From positions 371,116 to 435,115 of the forward strand of contig WELB01000020.1 in the NCBI GenBank assembly GCA_009602725.1: 64,000 nucleotides of DNA. Direction: 5' to 3'. The notes under the pieces were generated by a model, which made no database searches, was not told the DNA's origin, and saw only the letters and a list, made by a program, of their open reading frames with translations. This document shows positions 13,001-29,380 of this stretch, one piece after another. This DNA comes from Spirogloea muscicola (Eukaryota). The translations under genes and the position numbers were made by a program. The first letter of the stretch is position 1, and the number at the start of each line of letters is the position of its first letter.

Positions 13001-15807
13001 CTCCACGGCCAGTACCAGGGTGTATTGACGTTGCATGATGCTGGGCCGCGTGCATCCACAGGCTGGGAAGGAGGGTGAGGCGATGTGGGAGCAGATCCGG
13101 CGGCAGAGCGAGCTGGCGGCGCAGCTCTGTGCAACAATGAAGGAGGTGCGGTCGGTGCGGGGGAACCACCATCGCCGAGTGGAGCGCCTCCGCCAGCTCC
13201 TGTCGTCCCAGGGCCTCCTTGGAGAGCTTACCCACTTCTCCCAGGTAAAATTCTGCATGTGTATCTTGCTTTACATCATTTAGCTTGACCTGCTCACTCC
13301 TAAGTGCGTTATCGAAGAAAATTGACCTTGGCTGCCTCTGTTGCATGTCTCAAAGGTTTTTTACTAAGCAACGGCTTCAGATTCAGATTCTGCATGCTAG
13401 GGAGCTTGCACACTGATAGTGCACTGAAGTCAGATCGGTGATGAGCAGATGGTGCTGGTGGTGGTCTCTTTGCTTAGCTCTAAGTCTTCATTGTGCGAGG
13501 ATTTGCTTGGTCTTCTCCATCGTAAGTAGGGCGCGTGCTCTCCAACTACCAACCTGCGCTCAGCTCTTGCTCACTGTGCAGCCGCTGCCGCTGCCTCTGG
13601 ACCCGCGCTTGAGCGTGGTTGGGCTCATTCCAGGCGACTCGACCATCTTCAAGAGCTCCCTGAGCCCGCTGATGCTGACCTTCCGGACACAATCGGACAG
13701 CAAGTACCGGCTGATTTTCAAGAAGGGCGATGACATGCGTCAGGACCAGCTGGTGAGGAGCGCAAGGCGGCCATTCTTGTACTGCAGAATGTTACAGGCA
13801 TGTCAGTAAGATCAGGGCTTATGGGAGTAATGATACACATGAAGATGTCATGTTTGTAAAGTATGTTTTCATTTGTTGCGAGACCCTAAACTCCTAAACC
13901 CCTAAATCCTAAACCTTGCATTTCTAATGTAGACCCTATCCCTAACCCCCCCCCTAAATTACGCGAGCGTCCATGATAAGACTTGACTGGTTCCTTGCAG
14001 GTGGTTCAAACGGTCGCGCTGATGGACCGCCTGCTGAAACAGGAAAGCTTGGATCTGCGCCTCACCACGTACCAGGTCCTTGCCACTGGTGCCGACGACG
14101 GGATGGTTGAGTTTGTCCCATCGCTGCCCTTGGCCCAGGTTGGCGTCCACGTCTTCTTCACACTTATCAAACCCTAGTTTGATAAGTGTGAACCCCGAAA
14201 CCCCTGAACCCTAAATCCTAAGCCCTGGCCCTGATTCTGTGTCTACTGCCCTGCTGCAGAGTCCCTTTTGGTGCTTGCTGCTGTTCCATATCTATGACCC
14301 GCGCTTTGTCGACGTTTGACTGATGTGGTGGCCAGCTCTCTGCTCGGAAATGGAGCATGTCTAGATTGGGTCTTCACAAGGACCATGACACTGATCGCGA
14401 TCTGGTCGACCACTGCAGGTTCTTGCAGAGAACAAGACTATCGTCAAGTATTTGCAGCAGTTCCATCCTGAAGATGGGGGCCCCTTTGGGCTGGCCCCCG
14501 ATTGCTTGGACACCTTTGTTCGGTCGTGCGCAGGATACTGTGTCATCATGTACATCCTTGGAGTCGGCGACAGGTCCGAGACATTTACTTCAATTTTGAA
14601 TCTGATTTGAGTTTGACAGGCAGCAGATGATATGGTTGGTAGACATGCTCGGTACAGGTTCTAGCAGGCTTTGACGAATTTGTCTACCAAAAGCAGTCTC
14701 CTTTGCCAGTACGAAGGTTCAGACTGCCTGCAAATAGATCAAGAACATGATGGTTAAGTACATAATATCAAGTGCTTCCAAGCTCATGAGTGACAGAATT
14801 GTAGGCAGGCACCTCGACAACCTGCTATTATGTGAGGATGGCCGACTATTTCATATTGATTTTGGGTTCATCTTGGGAAGAGACCCAAAACCGTTTCCGC
14901 CACCGATGAAGCTCTGCAAGGAGATGGTGGAGGCCATGGGAGGAGCAGATAGGTGATCTCACTTTAGTTCATGCACTGCATGATAAGCATGTTCCCTCAG
15001 AAATTAGTGCATGTTAGAACAGCCGCATCTACATTAAGCTCCAAAAATGATTCTGTTCTCACTGTTCAGGGTGCATGGCTATTGAGGTGTCAGTCCGTGT
15101 CATGCATGCAAGCATGGTGAATTCAATCAGAAGTCTGACATGCGACTGGGCTTTTCTAGCATTAATTTCAGAACCTGGAAAGAATAGTTGATATCTGAGA
15201 GTTAAGCTCTGACCATACTGGTGCATCAATGTTCCTGCTCCAGCTCCTTCTTGTCACTCGGTTATTACCACTGATTTGTTCGAGCAAGTCATCGCATGCT
15301 GATTGTTGCCTGTTTCTTGTCGGCACAGCACCCACTACAGCCGCTTCAAGTCCTACTGCTGCGAGGCTTACAACATCCTCAGGAAGTCGGCAAATCTGAT
15401 CATGAATCTCTTCCACCTCATGGCCGGGGCCAACATCCCTGACATTGCTCTCGACCCTGAGAAGGCCATACTCAAGGTTGTGAATCCAAGCCTTTTACCT
15501 GAAAGCCCCTTCTGGCTACGTTCTGTTGCAACACCCCTTTTCTGTTGATGTCTGATGCATTGCTTACTTATCAGCGACTCCCCTAACCCCATACCCGCCA
15601 GTATGAAGCAGACCAGCAACAAGTAGCTGTGAAGTACTGAATTCCTGACAGACTACGTCTGCTATGCAGCTGCAGGAGAAGTTCCGGCTTGACCTTGACG
15701 ATGAGGCCGCGGTGCAGTTCTTCCAGACACTGATCACGGAGTCTGTGTCAGCGCTCTTCCCCCAGATGGTGGAAACCATTCATCGGTGGGCCCAGTACTG
15801 GCGGTGA
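10060..15807 (+). CDS. VPS34: Class III phosphatidylinositol 3-kinase Vps34, multi-exon
   Basis: C2 domain ([30 protein letters not shown]), helical domain ([19 protein letters not shown]) and kinase motifs [43 protein letters not shown]. Ends HRWAQYWR* with TGA at 15805-15807. Confidence 0.96.
13884..13957 (-). repeat. Degenerate telomere-like (CCCTAAA) array in a Vps34 intron
   Basis: ccctaaa ctcctaaa cccctaaa tcctaaa ... ccctaacc..ccctaaa. Similar tracts lie at 945-1000 and 14170-14230. Confidence 0.65.
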
Positions 15808-16642
15808 CCAGTACCGAGTAGGACCCCCCTCGCAATTGGCTTCAGAGTTTGGACATTGCAAGCGTCCGCCTGAAGGTGGCCCCTTGTGTCCCACCATTAT
15901 CTAACAGACCATTCCAATCACTTGTGCGAACTCTGCCCTTAGCTGCCTGTCACATGCTCACTGGCTTGTCTCATGATGTCAAATATGCAGACCCTTGTTG
16001 CAAGTAATTTCTGCTTTTTGAGATGTTGCCACCACATTTGCTGCAAGCATTATCGCCTAGTGTAAGCCTGCTACAGAGGAAGCTCTGAGGCTTGCCAAGC
16101 CCACTAGCAATTAGCTGCCATGAGTCTGATGTTGTCCTCATTGCGATTTGCAGGTGCTGCCACAGTCAAGTAGCTGCTGTCGCAAAGATATCAACAGTCA
16201 CTTGTTTTGACGTGGTAAGGGGACAAGTACACATCGAGCACGCAAGAGTCCAAGGAGGTCCTGGTGCTCAATGGCAATATGATTACACTTGAATGAAGCA
16301 TCATTGAGGCCAAACAGTACTGCTAGTCCTCTCCTCTTTCGACACGGCACCCTTGCGAGAGCCATGCCTGGAGGATCATTGTGGTGCTGCTAGGATAGCC
16401 GAGCAGGCAGGGGCAGGCCCGCTCTCTCCGCATCACCCACAAGAAGTTGGATGAGTCAAGTGACAGGAAACACGGTGCTTTAATGTTGACCGTGGCCATG
16501 TGCTCGAATGAGCCACACCATACTTGCAGCTGCTCAGGAAAGCGCAGCTGATGCTGGGCTGGCTTGTCAAGCAGTTGAGCAGATGCATGGCTACCAAAGT
16601 GAAGGTGGGAGCTACAGTGCAATTGTTTGCGGGCTAGAGGGC

Positions 16643-21088
<4,446 letters not shown>

Positions 21089-21968
21089 NNNNNNNNNNNN
21101 NNNNNNNNNNNNNNNNNNNNNNNNNNNNNNNNNNNNNNNNNNNNNNNNNNNNNNNNNNNNNNNNNNNNNNNNNNNNNNNNNNNNNNNNNNNNNNNNNNNN
21201 NNNNNNNNNNNNNNNNNNNNNNNNNNNNNNNNNNNNNNNNNNNNNNNNNNNNNNNNNNNNNNNNNNNNNNNNNNNNNNNNNNNNNNNNNNNNNNNNNNNN
21301 NNNNNNNNNNNNNNNNNNNNNNNNNNNNNNNNNNNNNNNNNNCGCCGCCCGCCGCGAGAGCTCAGCACTGCGGCGGCGGCGGCGGCGGCGGCGGCGCCGC
21401 AGATCGCGGCGCGGATCGCGGAGCGGCGACCAGGGGGCCCCCTGAGGGCCTAGTCCGTACGGCTCCGCTAATACTGTAACGAGCCAGGCTTAGGGCGGCA
21501 GGCTTTATGGGCATTGTCTGTTACATCATCCGCTAACCGCTGGCTACTGATTATCGGTTAACCCTATCCGCTACAATACGTTGACGAGTCCTTCCCTCGT
21601 CAGAGAGAGAGAAGGCGCGCGGTGCGCATGAAATTGAAAGGGAGGCCAATTCAAGCCCTTACAAATGACCTGTTAACTGGGTGATGAGCTGGCTAAGGGG
21701 GACACTAATATCCCCGAGTGAGCACATGCATATCTGACAAGCTAAGCTGAGGCGCCAAACCACCACCACGGAAGCCATCGTCACGAACAACCCCCCTGTA
21801 TGCCTTTGTCAATGCCTTCCGGGCTGGCTTCTCGCAGCCCTTGCCCCCATTCAAAGAAGTGGCACTCCCAGCGGGGGGGCAAGGGCTGTGAAAAGCCAGC
21901 CCGAAAAAGAATTGACAAAGGTTTGAAGGGGCCAAATGATGGAGGGGCCTAAAAAGATGGCCGAGCCT

Positions 21969-23580
21969 GGGGAGCTGGCCGCTCATGTTCTGCGCTGTTC
22001 CCACGGCGGAGAGCGGACAGCGGCACACGACCCTCTCCGGGATGCGATGCATGGCATCCTTGTGGAGGCTGGCTTCTCGGTGGCAGCCGAGAAATCCGCC
22101 GTGATGTCGCTCCAGCAACGGGCCGACGGTCTCCACGCTCGTCGCGTCGACCTTGTGGCCACCCCACCAGCCGGCGGGCCACGTCTTCTCCTGGACGTGG
22201 TGACCACGGACCCGTATGACCGCTATCACCCAGCCCAGTGCGCCACCAAGGCTGGGTATGCGGTAGCCTGCGCCGCTCGGGCCAAGGAGCTGAAATACGC
22301 AGATCACCCGCGGGAAGACGAGTTGTTCCCGCTCGCCATTGATACGCACGGGGCGCTGGGCGCTCGGTGGCTCGAGCTGCTCAACCAGCTCTAACGCCAC
22401 GCCATTGTCCGCCGCTTCCATGGAGAGCCGGTGGACTCCCATGCAGCAGGGTCGCTAGCGCAGGTGTACCGCATGCGCTTGGCCGTTCTCGCTGCAGAGG
22501 TCTATGGCCCGCGCGCTGCACCTGCGTGCAGGCAGAGCCCTCGCTGCTGCCTCTGGCTCTGGCCAGGAGACCCGCTTCCAGGAACCCAGTCTCTCTGACC
22601 TGAGGCTGCTTAGCAGGGGTTACTGAGTGCTTCGTAGCTGCTTCGTTTCTTTTTGTGCTTGTTGTTCTTTGTGTTTCTGCCTGGCCTGTGGCTCCGCTAA
22701 CATGAAAAGAAAGTGCGTCCAAATTGAGTCTTTGGCTTTGGACATTGTCCATTCTTTTTGGGCTGGCTTTGCCAGCCTCTCTTCTCTATGGGCGAGCACT
22801 TCCTCTTGAAAAGATGAAGGGCTCGCCCATTGAGGATAGGGGCTGGAAAAAGCGAGCCCCAAAAAGAATGAACAAAGGACGAGAAGGGGCCAGGGGAAGT
22901 ACGGAAAACAACAAGCACCAAAAAACGAAGCAGCTACGAAGCACTCAGTAACCCCTACTAAGCAGCCTCAGGTCAGAGAGACTGGAAGCGGGTCCCCTGG
23001 CCAGAGCCAGAGGCAGGGCTCTGCCTGCACGCAGGTGCAGCGCGCGGGCCATGGACCTCTGCAGCGAGAACGGCCAAGCGCATGCGGTACACCTGCGCTA
23101 GCGACTCTGCTGCATGGGAGTCCACCGGCTCCTCATGGAAGCGGCGGACAATGGCGTGGCGTGAGAGCTGGTTGAGCAGCTCGAGCCACCGAGCGCCCAG
23201 CGCCCCGTGCGTATCGATGGCGAGCGTGCGTCTTCCCGCGGGTGATCTGATCTATTTTAGCTCCTTGGCCCGAGCGGCGTAGGCGACCGCATACCCAGCC
23301 TTGGTGGTACACTGGCTGGGTGTGAGCGGTCATATGAGTCAGTGGTCACCACGTCCAGGAGAAGACGTGGCCCGCCGGCTGGTGGGGTGGCCACAAGGTC
23401 GACGCGACGAGGGTGGAGACCGTCGGCCCGTTGCTGGAGCGACATCACGGCGGATTTCTCGGCTGCCACCGAGAAGCCAGCCTCCACAAGGATGCCATCC
23501 ATCGCATCCCGTAGAGGGTCGTGGGCCGCTGTCCGCTTTCCGCTGTGGGAACAGCGCAGAATATGAGCGGCCAGCTCCCC
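21969..23580. repeat. Large imperfect inverted repeat (arms ~21969-22667 and ~22906-23580)
   Basis: tgaggctgcttagcaggggttactgagtgcttcgtagctgcttcg at 22601 is the near reverse complement of cgaagcagctacgaagcactcagtaacccctactaagcagcctca at ~22926. Both arms begin ggggagctggccgctcat. Confidence 0.92.
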
Positions 23581-25789
23581 CAAAAAGCGCTAAGCAGCTC
23601 GAAGGGGCCTGAAGATGCTATGTCAGAACGGGGAAGGATGGACCACTCAGTAGTTACGAGTGAGGAGCCTCAAATCCGACAGACTAGCTTCTGGAAACTA
23701 TCCCCCTGACGAAAGCCGGAGGCCGCAGCGAGAGCACGGCCAGCACGCAGATGCAAAGGCGTGGGCCATGGACCGCTGAAGGGAGACGGACAATCGCAAA
23801 CGATATACCTGAGCCCACGAGCCAGCGGCGTTGAAGTCAGCCGGCTTACCGCGCCTGCTGGACACAGCGCGCCGCGCAAGCCTGGCCAGCAGGTCGAGCC
23901 ACTGGGACCCGAGGGCCCCGTGCACGTCCACGGCCAGGGTTACGAACTCATCTCCCCATTTGGAGAGCCACTTCCTGGATGCACCTGGCTGGCTTTTACA
24001 GCCGCTCTGTCAAAGTCGAGGAGGATCAATCTATTTCTTGTACGGTTAGCCAACTTGTTCGCTCTCTTGGCATTCGTTCTCTCACCTGTGACTCTCCTGT
24101 TATTGTTGGTTGTGGCGCTCGCGATGGACGTGCACGCGGCGTTTGGCAGTATATCGTCAGGAAAAACGTCAGGGGGATTGTTTCCCGTCAGGGCGACGTC
24201 ATTCCACGCTAGTTACTCCGACTTGCACTTACTGACAAGAGGTCACTGAGAGCCCCCTTGCTGTCGACTTAGCGATTAGTATCTTGCTTTTTGCGCCATC
24301 CGGCCCTTTTCAGACCTTTCCTTTGGGGGAGCCTTTGGGAGAGTCACTTTCATTTGGGCTGGCCTCTCACAGCCACCAGTCTATTGGGAAGCGCTGTTTC
24401 TTTCCAACATCTAGCTTTTCAAATCTGAGGCTCCTCACTCGAGCTGTTGAGTGGTTCATCCTCCCCCAGTTCTGAGATAGCGCTTTTGGCACCTTCGCAG
24501 TCTGGCCCCTGTGAACCTTGTCTTCTTCTTTGGGCTGGCTTCTCACAGCCCTTGCCCTCATTTAGAGAGACGTGGTTGGACCTGCGCCGTGAACATTTAT
24601 GGCGGATACGCTTAGCTAGTCGGGATATTCATGTGTTCACTCGTGGGGTCCTCGAGACCCCTTTATCTCAGCCATTGCCCCCATTGGGAGAGCCACTTCT
24701 TCCCGCCACCGCCCTGTCCTGGAAGCGTCTTTCTCTTCCCTGACCCCATCGCAGAAACATACACTCAGATCATCGCAGAAACACGTAACAGGAGGTAAAA
24801 GAACTAGAGGATAGATTTGCCCCCAATCATGCGAAGGGGCCAGTTACAGGTCTGCTTATTGAATGCCATTGAATTCCCGAAGTGTAGGAGAGATCACATC
24901 CAATTCATGCCGCATATTTTATGACAATTAGGATTTAATCATGTTACCAACAAGATCAGCGGTCTATCAGCCTCTGTGCTTGCACCCATGCTTGATGAGC
25001 TCTTCTGGCTTTACCCCATGTCTGCTTGTAAGGTTTTCCCGACAACACGAGCTAGGCTTTCCTTGATGATGAAGATCTTCTGGCTCCACCTGAAGTGTGC
25101 ACCACCTCATTCTACCATATTCTGGGTGGTCCTTCTCAGTGACATCAAGTAACCATCCTATAGCAAGTATGACTCCCTACGAGCTCATACAAGACCTCGC
25201 CAAGAATCTAGTCATGCTCTCATCTATGCCCAACTGCTTGAAGGTCAAGCCACATAAGAGAGATAAGGTTAACTACTCGACAATACCTTCGCTGCTGTGA
25301 TGTGTGAGTGTCACCATGCAGCATTTGGAAGCGCTCCTCGTATGCAGAAAGATTGCTAGGTATGGGTTGGTTGGTATCTCCGTCTCTGGGTTATTCCTCG
25401 ACCTTGCTGCCGGACTGTTTGCCTTCAACATCAATCGCTTAGACCCCAGAACTGCGACTGGGTCGGTTGACATGTAAGGGGTATGGGGCGAAAGGCACAG
25501 TTTTACAGTTCAGTGATTAGGTGCCCGCTATTACACGGTGTACCGGGTCACCAAGGAGCTGGCCAGTATCTGACATGGCCAGCTGGTAGAGGGTGCGCTC
25601 CATGAGCACCGCAGATTGATGTGGCAATCCAGAACGCGAGGAATAATGTGGTGAAACGAAAGGCTAGGAATGTTGGGAAATATTTAAGGTGCTGGCAGCC
25701 GCCACCTGCTGCTACTCTAAATTCTACCATCATTAGCTACACTTCAGCACCTGGGTGACCAATGGCACCAGCCAGAGCGTCAGTGACGC

Positions 25790-27920
25790 ACTTCAATTGC
25801 ACGACGAGTGTGGAAGATGGTCAAGTACAGATATACGTACATGCTGTTGCCCATGACTCAATAATAGCCGCGTTCTATAGCAGGCAACGATGGCTTGCGG
25901 GACACTAGAATGCCCTAAGCTACCCGCCTGACTACGTCGGCGCGCATCGACATGCTGTGCCAGGCGATGGAGGAGGGAAGACCACTTCGTTCCGTAGCCG
26001 CCGTATATGTCCAAGGCGCATGGGAAGAAATGGTCGCGGTCCTTATAGGAGAAAAGCGCGGCCAGATTGACTGGTGGCTGGGAGAGGCCAGCCCAAAGGA
26101 TTGGACAAGGTCTTAAGGAGCCGGAGTGCTAAGTACTAAGACAGCAGCAAAGGGGACTCACAGTAACCTCTAGTCAGTAGATGCAAGTCGGAATAGCTAG
26201 CAGGCGGATAGACGTCGCCCTGACGGAAGCCGGAGGCCGCCGCCAAAGCGCGGCCTTATAATGTCGCTCCTTCTTTTTCTCCGCATGATGTGTCGCCCAA
26301 CCTGGCACAGTCGGCGTGGGTGCCTTGGGTGGAATGCGTCGATAAGAACGGCGTCGAAGAGAAGACGAGGCCCACCGCTCCGGGGGGTAGCAACCACATC
26401 CAGAGGCCTGATGTAAGGTCTGCCGCGCTTGTGGAGTACCGGCATGATGCCCGGCACCTCCATGGCCGCATGGTAACCTGCATCGTGGACCAAGCCATAG
26501 ATAGCGTCTCTGAGAAGATTGTGGGAGGCAATAAATTCTCTTCCCTCCACACGTCGAAGCATGTGAGCTGCCAAAGAGATCTCATCCTCCGTGTCCTGGT
26601 GTGTTGTTTTTCCTCTCGGCACCGTTTTGTGGCCTTTGTGGCCTTCGGATATTGTCCATTCTTTTACGTGCTAGCTTTGCTAGCCCCTCTTTTTCTGTGG
26701 GCGAGCAATGTCTTCCGAACGATGGCCACATTCGCAATGACGAATGCCAGCCAAACAAAGTGGAGGGAGGCCGAGATGGTGGTGGACGGCCGTCCGGAAG
26801 GTTCGTCGGAGAGCCGGAGGGTTTCATAGATCGGCAAAGCATTGAGCCACTCCGACGCCCCCGGAGATCTGATGGAGTGAAGACGAGAGAGCCCACGCCC
26901 ATCCTCCTAAGCAGAGCTCTGAGGTGGCTCATGTCTTGCTCATTGGCTGCGCGTGAAAAACGAGCTTGAGCCTTCAGGTCAGAGCATCTTGCCCACGCTG
27001 CAAAGTCGACCTGATCTGCCGCAATTGATGGGAAGGATTGGAGGAGGTCTCTGCAAACGTCAGAGAGGGACACCAAGAAGTCGCTTTTATTCACAGTCGA
27101 CATTTTTACTGCCATATTCGCCTTAGATTGTTGGACTGGCAAACTCTCGCATGAGATCATCTTTGGCCTGCAGTTTGTGCACAAGGAGCTCATTGTCGCT
27201 GACGAGATGCCATAAAAGAAGGTCCAGCAGCTCGCATCACAAGGGCTCAGATGATGCACGGAGCGAGATAGTATCCATGCCCATCACGCCTTGTGGAGAC
27301 CATAAGGTCGCAAGTCCCCTTGGTCGTGTGCCGCAATGAGATCAAGCATTTTTGAGATGGAAGGGGTAACCAAACGTTGGCCTATCTTCTCCTCACCACT
27401 TTGTTCCAAATCCCATAGCTCAGGCATTGCACTGTTGAGAAGCTGTCGTGCTTGCTGATGTGCTGTCTGCTCGCTTGTCGAGAGTGTCTGCAACACACCT
27501 ACAGTGCGGGCTTCATGCCCATCCTACTGCATGGAGACCACCTCAGGCATGCGGGAGACCACCTTTGCTGACTGCACATGGTTCTTTTATCCCCGCCCTG
27601 GTGGCAAGATGCGGTTCGACAAGGTCCACCATCCCCCCAAGGTGTTGTCATATATAGGAAGGTGATGTACTTTGAAATGTACATTATTGAAAATAGATAT
27701 GCAGACATTCCACCTGCGTTTACCTGCCTACTATGTCCTATAACCCAAGGAGGGTCTAGCTGTAAGAAGACGTCACTGACATGCGAAAGACTCGGTAGCA
27801 CAGCTTGCAACAGCAGAGAAGCTCACGCAGGTGACAGTACTAGCAACTGAGGGCGTGTGTCGGTTAGCCACTTTGTACTAATCATATTTCCATGAGGGCA
27901 TGTCCGCTACAACCACGGAA
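25790..27920 (-). pseudogene. Longest, most decayed copy of the RLE retroelement ORF (endonuclease region plus upstream, possibly RT-thumb, remnants)
   Basis: LAAHMLRRVEGREFIASHNLLRDAIYGLVHDAGY...RPLDVVATP..GPRLLFDAV (26622-26300) and FFPCALDIYGGYGTKWSSLLHRLA (26035-25960) parallel the intact fragments. The upstream broken ORFs are only weakly recognisable. Confidence 0.55.
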
Positions 27921-29380
27921 CGTGCAAGAGGAGCAGAGTACCAGCGCTTCCTATCTATGTGGAACAATGGCTGTGAGTGGCCAGCCCAAAGAGTTGAGCC
28001 TTCCAACTCTTTGGGCCTTTGCTCATTCCAGGGCAGGACAGGCTGACCTGCGGGGTAACACAAAGACCTGCTTTAATATAGACGGTCGTCTACCATAGCT
28101 GTCTGTCGGTACGAGATTTTCGTGACTACATCAACCCGATGCACGGTGTTGATGATCATTGACCAGACGTCATCCTTTGACCGGCCTGTAGTGATTACCC
28201 ATCAGCTGGGGGCCACTCACTGCGGTCACTGCAAGCCGCTCTTGTGACATCAGCAGCCGCATTCTTCGTAAGAAGAACAAGGAGAAAGAAAGTGGCTCCT
28301 TCAAGGACTGGAGTGTGTATTGAGTGATGCAGGGCCAGAGTGGCCAAGTACGACACGCTGACCACCCGGCTGGAGACGAGTTCCTACCCCTGGCCGTGGA
28401 TGTGCACGGGGCTCTCGGGTCCCAGTGGCTCGACCTGCTGGCCAGGATTGCGCGACGCGCTGTGTCCCGCGGCTGACATCAACGCCGCTGGCTCGTGGGC
28501 CCAGCTTCATCGCATGCGCCTTCCAATTTTCTCCAGCGGTCCATGGCCCACGCCTTGCATGTGCGTGCTGGCCGTGCTCTCGCTGCAGCCTCTGGCTTTC
28601 GTGAGGGGTATAGTTCTCCGGTCTGTCGGATTTGAGGCTCCTCCCTCGCCGCTACTGAGTGGTCCCTCCTCCACCCATTCTGACATAGCATCTTCTGGCC
28701 CCTCCGTTATTGTGGTCCCTTCGACCCCTTTGTCACTGAGTACAGGGTTACTGAGTAATACGTAGCTGCTTTGTTTCTTGTTGTGCTTGCTTTTTAGCGC
28801 TTCCCCTGGCCCCCTTCTCGTACTATGTTCCTTTTTTGTTGGTCTGGCTTTTCCAGCCCCTATCCTCAGTGAGCGAGCCCTCTCTTCTCTATCACTTCTT
28901 TTCGGGCTGGCTGGCTTTTCACAGCCCTTGCCCCTATTTGTAAATCCACATCTTCCAAGTACGAAGGCAAGCACTACGACAGATTCACATCACCTGCTGC
29001 TAAGCCGACCCGCTCAGTAACCACGAGTCAGCACGTAGACTGATGCCCGAAAACCGGACGGCGATTGACAAGTCCCGGGTTGCGCGTACACGCGCAACCC
29101 GCGAGGCCCCTGGCGCTCGTACACGTACGAGACACCATCCTTCCCCCAACGGTGCTCGTATCGGGCGGTCAACGGGGAAGGAAAAGAAAAGCCATCTGCA
29201 ACGGCGGAAACCCCCATCATGACGAGGCCCCGGAGCGCCGTCTGAGCGGCGCCCCCACTTAGTACCTGGTCGTCAGCCGCCGCCGCCGGCGAGCCGGAGT
29301 GGCCTCGCCGCCCCCGCCATGGCGACCAGGCGCAGAGCTCGCCATCCGCCTCCATCACTCAGCCTAGCCCCCGCGCCGCC

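Larger units (their letters stand above)
21705..29260. mobile_element. Cluster of nested, 5'-truncated or degenerate non-LTR retrotransposon fragments with a restriction-like endonuclease (CRE/R2-like) C-terminus, in both orientations
   Basis: Translations show H-VLRC..GGER..HD, RRVDLV, LLLDV, K..KY and F-P-LA-(I/V)D-(T/V)HGALG..W at 21969-22394(+), 23580-23000(-), 23950-23700(-), 26620-26270(-), 26040-25850(-) and 28340-28570(+). The terminal peptide DLRLLTRGY*-like recurs. Frameshifts and stops are present throughout. Confidence 0.75.

Noticed and set aside
21800..24720. Recurring ~30-bp hairpin motif considered as a CRISPR-like array
   Set aside because: Spacing is irregular, orientations are mixed, there are no cas genes and the context is eukaryotic. 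The motif is explained as retroelement tails.
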